Below, piece by piece: positions 39,836-46,712 of a stretch of DNA of 64,000 nt; position 1 is the first letter of the stretch; each line of letters begins with the position of its first letter. The position numbers and the translations under genes are program-made. This stretch comes from a virus: positions 77,046-141,045 of the IMG/VR virus record IMGVR_UViG_3300025769_012879. One strand, written 5' to 3'. Below the pieces are notes generated by a model. It was not told where the DNA came from. It ran no database searches and worked only from the letters and a program-made list of their open reading frames with translations.

Positions 39836-40762
39836 ATGTTACTAAAAAAAGGTTCATCCGGTCATCAAGTAGTCGAACTACAAGAGGGACTTGAAGCATT
39901 AGGTTACGAATTAGGTGCCTGTGATGGCGCTTTTGGTCCAGCAACAGAAAAAGAAGTTAAAAAGTTCCAAGCAGAAAATGGACTAAAAGCAGATGGTTTA
40001 GCAGGTAAAGGAACAATTGGCAAACTAAATGAGTTGCTAAATGCTAGAAATATTGAGATCCAAGTTGGCGAAGATGATCAAAATGAAGAGGACTTACCAC
40101 CAGACGAAAAGTTGAGTTGGGTAAAATGCCCAGCAGATAAGTTCCCAGGCAGAGCAGGTTACACCCGTGTAACACTCCGTTCAGATGCCGCAGGGGCATA
40201 CAACGCTCTCTATCAAGAGGTTCAGGACTTAGGCGGTTACTTAACTTCAGCAGGCGGTAGAAGAGGTTTAGCATCCAAAGCAGGAGCCGCACGATCTAAG
40301 AAATCAATGCATTATGTAGGTTTAGCATTTGACATGGCACTGCCAACAGGTATGTACAAACCAGAGAAAGACCCTTATGTTATTGAAGATGTTGGCAATC
40401 GTCGCTGGAAGGTCTGGATGAGATGTGATAAGGGCGAGGAAATGACCATCGAAGGAACTTATGTAACTCGTTCAGGCGGTAAGACAAAGTTGAATAAAAA
40501 AGAAGTGACAGGAACATTTGTAGATTTCACAGCACTCGCTCTAAAACATGGTTTTCATTCCATTCGTGCCCGTAGTTCATTTTTTAGAGGCGGTTCCTAT
40601 GGTGGAGCAGAATGGTGGCATTTCCAGTATGAAAGAGCACTTACAAGAGGCGAATCTACTTTTGGTGAAGAACTACTAAAAGTTTACCCACTCGCCAAAG
40701 CAAAGCGATTTGTTTACTGGAACCAGTCAAAAGATTGTGTTTTCGGAAAGAACTGGTTTTAG
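39836..40762 (+). CDS. Endolysin: peptidoglycan-binding domain plus M15-type Zn peptidase
   Basis: LKKGSSG..V..LQ..L...DGAFGPAT...FQ...GL.ADG; SMHYVGLAFD; EWWH. Confidence 0.85.
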   Translation: MLLKKGSSGHQVVELQEGLEALGYELGACDGAFGPATEKEVKKFQAENGLKADGLAGKGTIGKLNELLNARNIEIQVGEDDQNEEDLPPDEKLSWVKCPADKFPGRAGYTRVTLRSDAAGAYNALYQEVQDLGGYLTSAGGRRGLASKAGAARSKKSMHYVGLAFDMALPTGMYKPEKDPYVIEDVGNRRWKVWMRCDKGEEMTIEGTYVTRSGGKTKLNKKEVTGTFVDFTALALKHGFHSIRARSSFFRGGSYGGAEWWHFQYERALTRGESTFGEELLKVYPLAKAKRFVYWNQSKDCVFGKNWF

Positions 40763-40765
40763 TTC

Positions 40766-40794
40766 TTGACATAGACCCCAAGATCACCTATAAT
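40766..40794 (+). promoter_or_regulatory. sigma70-type promoter
   Basis: TTGACA-N17-TATAAT. Confidence 0.85.
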
Positions 40795-40812
40795 TGATCA
40801 AGCGAGGTCGAG

Positions 40813-41019
40813 ATGAAAAGATTCCAATTTGTAATTCATAATCCAAAAACAGAAGAAGTAAAGATGCGAAACATCGAAAGGCGAAATTTTGATGAAGCCG
40901 TAGTAGATGCCCGTATTTATGCCCGTAGTGAATGGGAAAACACAGGAGAACAATGGTTCTTAGTTGCTGTTTACGACATGGATTATCAATTTGACCTCTC
41001 AAGACCGACAAGGGGGTGA
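40813..41019 (+). CDS. Hypothetical protein
   Basis: GAGG RBS; follows a promoter. Confidence 0.6.
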   Translation: MKRFQFVIHNPKTEEVKMRNIERRNFDEAVVDARIYARSEWENTGEQWFLVAVYDMDYQFDLSRPTRG

Positions 41020-41072
41020 TTTCCATTAGGTCGAGGTCAACCCGCAGGGCGGCACGGGGTAAAAGGTGTCGC
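40991..41072 (+). ncRNA. Putative structured RNA: hairpin plus H-type pseudoknot upstream of HNH
   Basis: TTGACCTC/GAGGTCAA stem; pseudoknot CCCG/CGGG with GCGGCA/TGTCGC. Confidence 0.45.
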
Positions 41073-41095
41073 ACTCTCACTAGTTATGGTATAGA

Positions 41096-41605
41096 ATGGA
41101 TACTTTGGTATTATCGTCTGCTTATCAACCGATGCACCATGTAAAGTGGCAAGAAGCCATTTCTATGTGGTTTGCTGGAAGGGTTGAGATTGTTTCAGTT
41201 TACGAAGACAGATTTATCAAAACTGTTGACGACATCTTAAATGTTCCTTCAATTGTTCGATTTGTAGGTAATGTTCTAAAAAGATTTCAGTTCAATAGGG
41301 TCGTAAAGTTTAGCAGAGACAATGTTTTTCTAAGAGACAAAGGTCAGTGTCAGTATTGCTCAAAGCAATTGACCAGACAAAACTTTACCTTAGACCACAT
41401 CATTCCTGTCTCACAAGGCGGTAAGAAGGTATGGCAGAACATTGTAACTTGCTGTAAGTCCTGCAATCAAAGGAAGGGAAACAAGTCAGTGAAGCAAGCA
41501 GGAATGAGATTACAAAACAAACCAATAATTCCAAAAGAACTAATCGTTGGAAGGGAAAACATTTTTAGCACAAACACTCCTGAAGAGTGGAAAGATTATC
41601 TATGA
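41096..41605 (+). CDS. HNH endonuclease
   Basis: RDKGQCQYC, LDHIIP..GG, WQNIVTCCKSCNQRKG. Confidence 0.9.
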   Translation: MDTLVLSSAYQPMHHVKWQEAISMWFAGRVEIVSVYEDRFIKTVDDILNVPSIVRFVGNVLKRFQFNRVVKFSRDNVFLRDKGQCQYCSKQLTRQNFTLDHIIPVSQGGKKVWQNIVTCCKSCNQRKGNKSVKQAGMRLQNKPIIPKELIVGRENIFSTNTPEEWKDYL

Positions 41606-42159
41606 AACAAGAATTCGTTATTTACACAGGGTCAATGTTTGGTGGCAAGACATCACGAATGCTTGCCAGATTAGAAAGAGCAAAGTACAAGAAAAAAGTA
41701 ATTAAATTGTTCAAACCAAATATGGACACAAGATACTCAACTGAATCGGTTATGTCTCATAACGGAGTTCGCTGGAGATCTACAAACATCGTAAATGGTC
41801 AAGACATCTTAGAGAATCTTGGAAGAGCAGATGTTGTTGCTGTAGATGAAGCATTTATGATTCCAGGTGTAGCAGACACCCTTGTAGAACTTTATAAGAG
41901 GGGCAAAACAATCTATGTTTCATCACTACAAATGTCATCTGCGGGAGATCCTTTTGAAGAGGTCGTAAAGATGATGCCTTATGCTACAAGGATTGAAGTT
42001 TGCCCAGCGGTTTGTTTTTGTGGAGAAGATGCCTATTACACTATTCGACTGAATAATGAAGAAAGAGAAGTTATGGTTGGCGGTAAAGATGACTATGAAC
42101 CGCGATGCAAAGAACACACTCATTATATGAACGAGTTAGAAAAACTTGACAATGAGTAA
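41602..42159 (+). CDS. tdk: Thymidine kinase
   Basis: GSMFGGKTS, KPNMDTRY, VDEA, VGG.DDYEPRC. Confidence 0.9.
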   Translation: MKQEFVIYTGSMFGGKTSRMLARLERAKYKKKVIKLFKPNMDTRYSTESVMSHNGVRWRSTNIVNGQDILENLGRADVVAVDEAFMIPGVADTLVELYKRGKTIYVSSLQMSSAGDPFEEVVKMMPYATRIEVCPAVCFCGEDAYYTIRLNNEEREVMVGGKDDYEPRCKEHTHYMNELEKLDNE

Positions 42160-42174
42160 AAAATACCATATAAT
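42146..42174 (+). promoter_or_regulatory. sigma70-type promoter for tRNA-Tyr
   Basis: TTGACA-N17-TATAAT. Confidence 0.85.
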
Positions 42175-42187
42175 GGTATTCAAGTTT

Positions 42188-42271
42188 GGAGGAGCGGTAA
42201 AGTTGGAGAGTTGCCCTGGTCTGTAAAACCAGTGCCGAAAGGCTGAGTGAGTTCGAATCTCACCTCCTCCA
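42188..42271 (+). tRNA. tRNA-Tyr(GUA)
   Basis: Acceptor GGAGGAG/CTCCTCC, anticodon arm CTGGT-CTGTAAA-ACCAG, long variable arm, GTTCGAATC. Confidence 0.9.
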
Positions 42272-42286
42272 CCCTGGAGAAAACAA

Positions 42287-42508
42287 ATGAGATATTATAA
42301 AATAATAGATTTTAAAGTAGGAGATTTTATTTACAAGTTTAAAGAAGATCAGTGGTTAAGGTACGGCAAGGTTGTTCTGGAACAGGACGATATCTTTGGA
42401 GTAACCTCTAGCAATTTTAAAGGTGTGATGATGCTCCGCAAAGATCTTCTTTATTCAGAAGGGTTTATTGCAAGCAACTATGAACTTGACAACAAGCAAG
42501 AAGATTGA
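42287..42508 (+). CDS. Small SH3/KOW-like protein
   Basis: FKVGDFIY...YGKVV. Confidence 0.55.
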   Translation: MRYYKIIDFKVGDFIYKFKEDQWLRYGKVVLEQDDIFGVTSSNFKGVMMLRKDLLYSEGFIASNYELDNKQED

Positions 42509-42514
42509 TACAAT
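42486..42514 (+). promoter_or_regulatory. sigma70-type promoter for tRNA-Leu
   Basis: TTGACA-N17-TACAAT. Confidence 0.8.
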
Positions 42515-42526
42515 AGTTTTCAAGAA

Positions 42527-42613
42527 GCGAGCATGGTGGAATTGGTAGACACAACGGACTTAAAATCCGTCGCCTCGTTTGGCATGGGGGTTCAAGTCCC
42601 CCTGCTCGTACCA
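42527..42613 (+). tRNA. tRNA-Leu(UAA)
   Basis: GCGAGCA/TGCTCGT, ACGGA-CTTAAAA-TCCGT, encoded CCA. Confidence 0.92.
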
Positions 42614-42623
42614 AAGGTGTTTT

Positions 42624-42848
42624 ATGAAAAATAAAAAAGCATTGAAAGAATTTAGAGAAGAATTTTTATTAGATGAAGATTATGAGTATAGCATTGAACA
42701 AGATGATGGCGGGAAGACATTAGACATTATTGTCCCAGAAGGACATGCCCAGTTCCTAAGACAAAAGATTCCACGAAGATGGAGAGGGATTAGGACGATG
42801 ATAATTTCCCGTAAAAAAAGAAAGCAAATAGATGAAGATGAAATCTAA
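42624..42848 (+). CDS. Hypothetical protein
   Basis: ATG after tRNA-Leu with AAGGT upstream. Confidence 0.55.
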   Translation: MKNKKALKEFREEFLLDEDYEYSIEQDDGGKTLDIIVPEGHAQFLRQKIPRRWRGIRTMIISRKKRKQIDEDEI

Positions 42849-42851
42849 TTT

Positions 42852-43073
42852 ATGAAGATAGGTGATTTAGTTATAACAAAAACAAACAGACATGTCGGCT
42901 GTATAATCGACATAAAAAAACAAAGGTGGGCTGGTGTTTGTGCCAAGATCTTATTCTTCAAAACAGGTAAGAAAGAATGGAGAAAAATGGGCAACTTAGA
43001 ACCACTTGACAAAATCCACAAGGAGGGTTATAATGGATTCACTTCACGAGAAAAGAATGAGAGAGATCAATAA
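42852..43073 (+). CDS. Small SH3/KOW-like protein
   Basis: MKIGDLV...GCII. Confidence 0.55.
   Translation: MKIGDLVITKTNRHVGCIIDIKKQRWAGVCAKILFFKTGKKEWRKMGNLEPLDKIHKEGYNGFTSREKNERDQ
43006..43034 (+). promoter_or_regulatory. sigma70-type promoter upstream of the tRNA cluster
   Basis: TTGACA-N17-TATAAT. Confidence 0.85.
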
Positions 43074-43191
43074 AGAACAAGATAGGCTTCGTCGTAACGA
43101 ACTTATCTATGTAGCGGTCTCAAGCACATGTATGGGTTATTGCCTTGGTGAATTGGTGAGAAACTTTTTCCATTACATGGGCTGGATGTAA
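43033..43191 (+). CDS. Small hypothetical protein
   Basis: AGGAGG before ATG 43033. Confidence 0.5.
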   Translation: MDSLHEKRMREINKEQDRLRRNELIYVAVSSTCMGYCLGELVRNFFHYMGWM

Positions 43192-43199
43192 AAATCCAA

Positions 43200-43276
43200 G
43201 CGCCCTTAGCTCAGTTGGATAGAGCATCGGTCTTCTAAACCGAGGGTCACAGGTTCGAATCCTGTAGGGCGTGCCA
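43200..43276 (+). tRNA. tRNA-Arg(UCU)
   Basis: GCGCCCT/AGGGCGT, TCGGT-CTTCTAA-ACCGA, CCA. Confidence 0.95.
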
Positions 43277-43278
43277 AA

Positions 43279-43355
43279 GCGGGTGTAGCATAACTGGTAA
43301 ATGCACTGTTCTTATAAAGCAGAGATAGTGAGTTCAAGCCTCACCACCCGTACCA
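43279..43355 (+). tRNA. tRNA-Ile(UAU)
   Basis: GCGGGTG/CACCCGT, CTGTT-CTTATAA-AGCAG, discriminator A, CCA. Confidence 0.85.
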
Positions 43356-43359
43356 AAAC

Positions 43360-43432
43360 GCCGAAATAGCTCAGTTGGTAGAGCGCTTCACTTGTAATGA
43401 AGATGTCACGGGTTCGATTCCTGTTTTCGGCA
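43360..43432 (+). tRNA. tRNA-Thr(UGU)
   Basis: GCCGAAA/TTTCGGC, CTTCA-CTTGTAA-TGAAG; CCA not encoded. Confidence 0.92.
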
Positions 43433-43443
43433 CTGGACGAAAA

Positions 43444-43689
43444 ATGAAAGAAATAACAATAAAATTCGATGAAAAGTTTTATAAGCGTCTAAATGACGCA
43501 CGCAGATTAGAAGCACCAGATATTAGGAACGCTAAGTTCTGTAAAGAATTGGTAGAAGCGATGGTCGGTGCTATTGAAGACGATCACAAAAATAAAGGAG
43601 ATAAAAGTGCAAATCGTAAAAAACGAACTAACAAACAAACTAAACAAACTAAACCTCGCAAACGACGCCGAAGTAACTCTTCGTTATGA
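43444..43689 (+). CDS. Hypothetical, possibly ribbon-helix-helix protein
   Basis: MKEITIKFDEKFYKRL; basic tail overlaps the next gene. Confidence 0.45.
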   Translation: MKEITIKFDEKFYKRLNDARRLEAPDIRNAKFCKELVEAMVGAIEDDHKNKGDKSANRKKRTNKQTKQTKPRKRRRSNSSL

Positions 43690-44092
43690 GAACGGTCGTC
43701 AGGTATTTCACTACACAGGCGATTATTTAGACGAGGTTCTTCAAGAGACCAATGTTATTAGTGAGGTCGCACACCTCGTATCCTACGATGGTATTCGTAA
43801 GCATAACTCAGTAATTAACGATCTCCGAAACAACGGAGCACTTGATGATTATGAGCGAGGTTCATTCACCTTTGAAGACCATGTTTACGAGGCAGTAAAG
43901 AACGACTGGTATGATTACATCGAAGAGTCAGTCGAACAATGGGATCACAAGCGAGGAATGTGTAATGTTTCCGCAGAGGTAAAGGTTCCACTAAATCTAC
44001 TAGCAGAAGCAGAGGAGTTTGGATTTACTCTTGATAATGCTTGGAAGGTCTTTGTTCGCACTGATGCCGGTGTGTTGGAGGTAGAGCGATAA
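43607..44092 (+). CDS. Hypothetical protein
   Basis: AAGGAG before GTG 43607. Confidence 0.65.
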   Translation: MQIVKNELTNKLNKLNLANDAEVTLRYENGRQVFHYTGDYLDEVLQETNVISEVAHLVSYDGIRKHNSVINDLRNNGALDDYERGSFTFEDHVYEAVKNDWYDYIEESVEQWDHKRGMCNVSAEVKVPLNLLAEAEEFGFTLDNAWKVFVRTDAGVLEVER

Positions 44093-44205
44093 TGTTTGTA
44101 GATGATAAGCAATTTGAGAAGGAAGCAGGTAAGGTCTTTTGGGCATTTGTAGCAGCATTCGCAGGAGTTGCGGGACTATTCCTTTATCTTGGGAGTTTGG
44201 GATGA
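44092..44205 (+). CDS. Unannotated 37-aa membrane peptide
   Basis: MFVDDKQFEKEAGKVFWAFVAAFAGVAGLFLYLGSLG; coupled (TAATG) with GGAGG upstream. Confidence 0.55.
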   Translation: MFVDDKQFEKEAGKVFWAFVAAFAGVAGLFLYLGSLG

Positions 44206-44303
44206 CTCTAAAACAATTATTTTACAGTATTTTGGGAATCACATTTGTTGGTTATTGTTTGTTCAGAATGATTCCTGGTGTTTATAATTTATTTATGGGG
44301 TAA
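44202..44303 (+). CDS. Unannotated 33-aa membrane peptide
   Basis: MTLKQLFYSILGITFVGYCLFRMIPGVYNLFMG; ATGA overlap with GGAG upstream. Confidence 0.5.
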   Translation: MTLKQLFYSILGITFVGYCLFRMIPGVYNLFMG

Positions 44304-44316
44304 AATGTTATTAAAA

Positions 44317-45003
44317 ATGAAAATCCCTCTTTATGAGGACGGCAAAGGTTTCGTAGAGTTAGTTGATGCTGTGGGTTCAGACCTTTCAGTTGTAAACTCT
44401 GCTCGCGTTTCCTTTGGCAAGCACAAAACAGAACTTGATAATAAAGATAAAAAACTTATCAAGTATCTTATCAAACACAAGCACACTTCCACCCTGGAAC
44501 ACTGCTTTGTAACCTTCCGTGTAAAGGTTCCGCTGTTTGTTCGCTCTCAACACCACAGGCATCGCACTTGGTCTTACAACGAGATTAGTCGTCGTTACAC
44601 TGACTTTGACATTCAGTTCTATGAACCATCAACTTTTAGAACTCAGCACAAATCAAACCGTCAAGCAAGCAATGCAAGTGATTTAATTGATCCCGTTTTG
44701 CCACAGTGGGAAACATCAGCAGCAGTAGCAATGCGACACCACCATCAAGCAAGTCTTCAATTGTTTGAAGAACTTATTGAGTCAGGTGTTTGCCGTGAAC
44801 AAGCAAGGGGTGTTCTACCACAGAACATGTATACAGAATACTATGCTTCAGCAAACCTAAATAACATTTTGAAGTTTATTGACCTCCGCACACACGAAGG
44901 AGCGCAGTGGGAAATTCAAGAAATGGCAAAGGGAATGCTGGAAATCATTACAAAACTTTATCCAGAGACAGTAGGGGCATATCGTGAAATCAGGGGAGCA
45001 TAA
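44317..45003 (+). CDS. thyX: FAD-dependent thymidylate synthase
   Basis: RSQHHRHRTWSYNEISRRY, EQARGVLP, AQWEI. The start could be 44305. Confidence 0.95.
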   Translation: MKIPLYEDGKGFVELVDAVGSDLSVVNSARVSFGKHKTELDNKDKKLIKYLIKHKHTSTLEHCFVTFRVKVPLFVRSQHHRHRTWSYNEISRRYTDFDIQFYEPSTFRTQHKSNRQASNASDLIDPVLPQWETSAAVAMRHHHQASLQLFEELIESGVCREQARGVLPQNMYTEYYASANLNNILKFIDLRTHEGAQWEIQEMAKGMLEIITKLYPETVGAYREIRGA

Positions 45004-45462
45004 ATGGTCATTACTGGAAAAGTTATCTGTCTTGCTGTCATGGTTAACACAGCACTCTTTAGTCGTGCTGGTACAAATAGTGCTTGTCGTTATAGCAATA
45101 TTGTTGTAAAAGCGAGTTCTAAATATAAACTGGACCCCTACTTATTAACAGCACTTATCAAAGTGGAATCTAATTGGAAACCTCATGTTGTTTCACCTGC
45201 CGGTGCTTGCGGATTAACCCAGGTCGTTCATAAATACAGCAAATATAATTGTAAGCAATTAAAAAATCCAAAGATCTCAATTTGGGAGGGTGCTAAAAAA
45301 TTAAATTACTGGATTTATAAATACGGCAAGGGCAATGTAAAGATCGGATTATGTGGATATAACGCAGGTTTTCGATGCAAAGGAAAGTCACCCAACAAAA
45401 AAGGGTTGACATACGCAAAAAAAGTTGTTACAATAAGCAACAGGTTAAAAAGGAGAAAATAA
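45004..45462 (+). CDS. Lytic transglycosylase (SLT domain)
   Basis: IKVESNW, GACGLTQV, GYNAG; N-terminal hydrophobic segment. Confidence 0.85.
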   Translation: MVITGKVICLAVMVNTALFSRAGTNSACRYSNIVVKASSKYKLDPYLLTALIKVESNWKPHVVSPAGACGLTQVVHKYSKYNCKQLKNPKISIWEGAKKLNYWIYKYGKGNVKIGLCGYNAGFRCKGKSPNKKGLTYAKKVVTISNRLKRRK

Positions 45463-45463
45463 T

Positions 45464-45700
45464 ATGCGAAACCTATTTCTAATCACAGCAGCACTATCAA
45501 TGTTACTATTTGGTTGTGGATGCGATGAAAAGAAGGAAAAGAAGGAAGCAGATGTAGAGGCAGTTACAGATGCGGGAACTTCAAGTGATGCTGAGGCAAC
45601 ACCAGATGCTGGAACACCAGCAGACGCTACAAGCACACCAGATGCAGCAACACCAGTTGATGCTGTAGTGCTTCCCGGTGATGTAACACCACAAGGTTAA
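45464..45700 (+). CDS. Lipoprotein with DA(G/A)T-type low-complexity repeats
   Basis: Lipobox LLFGC; DAGT..DAEATPDAGTPADATSTPDAATPVDA. Confidence 0.7.
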   Translation: MRNLFLITAALSMLLFGCGCDEKKEKKEADVEAVTDAGTSSDAEATPDAGTPADATSTPDAATPVDAVVLPGDVTPQG

Positions 45701-45707
45701 TCACCTT

Positions 45708-45783
45708 TCCGTGATAGTTCAGCAGGTAGAACAAGTGGCTGTTAACCACTGGGTCGGGGGTTCGAATCCCTCTCACGGAGCCA
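45708..45783 (+). tRNA. tRNA-Asn(GUU)
   Basis: TCCGTGA/TCACGGA, AGTGG-CTGTTAA-CCACT, CCA. Confidence 0.93.
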
Positions 45784-45799
45784 ACTAGGAGAAACTAAA

Positions 45800-46015
45800 A
45801 TGGATAGGACCGCAATAGGAAACTTATTTTTAGAAGCAGCAAAGCGTCGTCTTGAGGCACAAATCAAAGATGCAGAAGCAAAAGTAAATCTCTATCTAAC
45901 TCAGGCGGTTGGAGTTGGAGAACATCCAGAAATTACAGAAGAAATTATTAAAGCAGCAGAACAAGGCGCTCACGCTCAAGATGTTTTAAATTTCATCAAT
46001 AAGCGCTGGAATTGA
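45800..46015 (+). CDS. Conserved small phage protein
   Basis: VGVGEHPEI motif; AGGAG RBS. Confidence 0.7.
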   Translation: MDRTAIGNLFLEAAKRRLEAQIKDAEAKVNLYLTQAVGVGEHPEITEEIIKAAEQGAHAQDVLNFINKRWN

Positions 46016-46021
46016 TAGAAT

Positions 46022-46096
46022 GCTCCCATAGTTTAGTGGTTAGAACGCTGGGCTTTCATCCCGGTAGCGAGGGTTCGATTCCCTCTGGGAGTACCA
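46022..46096 (+). tRNA. tRNA-Glu(UUC)
   Basis: GCTCCCA/TGGGAGT, CTGGG-CTTTCAT-CCCGG, CCA. Confidence 0.92.
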
Positions 46097-46108
46097 TAAG
46101 GAGGCGCA

Positions 46109-46414
46109 ATGATAATGGAATTGCACAGAACAGATGATAAAGTTGATCCGTTTGAGATGCCAACACAGGGATATGAAATGAATTCAGACAGAAATCAACT
46201 AAAAAGTTATTCAGAATTAGTAAATCACCCTGACCATTATAACACTGGAAAGATTGAGGTTATCGATGCGATTCAGGATTGGGGACTTGACTTTATCGAA
46301 GGTAATGTGGTAAAGTATGTAGCAAGGTCAAGGCACAAGTCATCTCGTGTTGGCGACCTAAAGAAAGCCAGATGGTATCTGGATTATCTTATTAGACAAT
46401 TAGAAGGAGAATAA
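46109..46414 (+). CDS. DUF3310-family protein
   Basis: VNHPDHY...IEVIDAI...GNVVKYVAR...DLKKARWYL. Confidence 0.85.
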   Translation: MIMELHRTDDKVDPFEMPTQGYEMNSDRNQLKSYSELVNHPDHYNTGKIEVIDAIQDWGLDFIEGNVVKYVARSRHKSSRVGDLKKARWYLDYLIRQLEGE

Positions 46415-46415
46415 A

Positions 46416-46598
46416 ATGTCAGTTAAGGTTTCACTTGAACAAGTAGTTCAGCAACTTACAGAGGCACTTGCCGACGCAGAGAAGACCGATAGTGGTAATA
46501 AGGCAGCAGGTACTCGTGTACGCAAGGCAGCACAATCAGCAACAAATGCCTTGAAGGATTTGCGTAAGCAGGTTCTTGAAGTCCGTAACGCCGACTAG
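46416..46598 (+). CDS. Histone H1-like (Hc1 family) protein
   Basis: DAEK..SGNKAAGTRVRK. Confidence 0.8.
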   Translation: MSVKVSLEQVVQQLTEALADAEKTDSGNKAAGTRVRKAAQSATNALKDLRKQVLEVRNAD

Positions 46599-46627
46599 TG
46601 TATAAAGGCAGAGCGGAATACGAACAG

Positions 46628-46662
46628 ATGAGGGACTTTGTTTTGAAAGCAGAGTCCTTCAT
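46628..46662 (+). terminator. Long hairpin before the kinase operon
   Basis: ATGAGGGACTTTGTTT / AAAGCAGAGTCCTTCAT inverted repeat. Confidence 0.55.
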
Positions 46663-46676
46663 TCATAAAACAAAGA

Positions 46677-46684
46677 ACTATTTA
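46677..46684 (+). promoter_or_regulatory. Putative late promoter motif upstream of the histidine kinase
   Basis: ACTATTTA, identical to the motif before the scaffold, neck and sheath genes. Confidence 0.65.
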
Positions 46685-46712
46685 GTAAAGCAATACAAGA
46701 GAATAGTTCTCC

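Noticed and set aside
41012-41095. tmRNA-like 5' end (GGGGGTGA...TCGA) followed by a pk1-like pseudoknot
   Set aside because: No matching T-arm or acceptor 3' end was found downstream, or upstream as a permuted form, and there is no plausible tag ORF. Kept only as an unclassified structure.
41096-41605. HNH as an IscB/Cas9-like RNA-guided nuclease
   Set aside because: Only 169 aa, with no RuvC motifs and no repeat array nearby.
42579-43443. Called ORF starts at 42579 and 43375
   Set aside because: They overlap tRNA-Leu and tRNA-Thr; starts were moved to 42624 and 43444.
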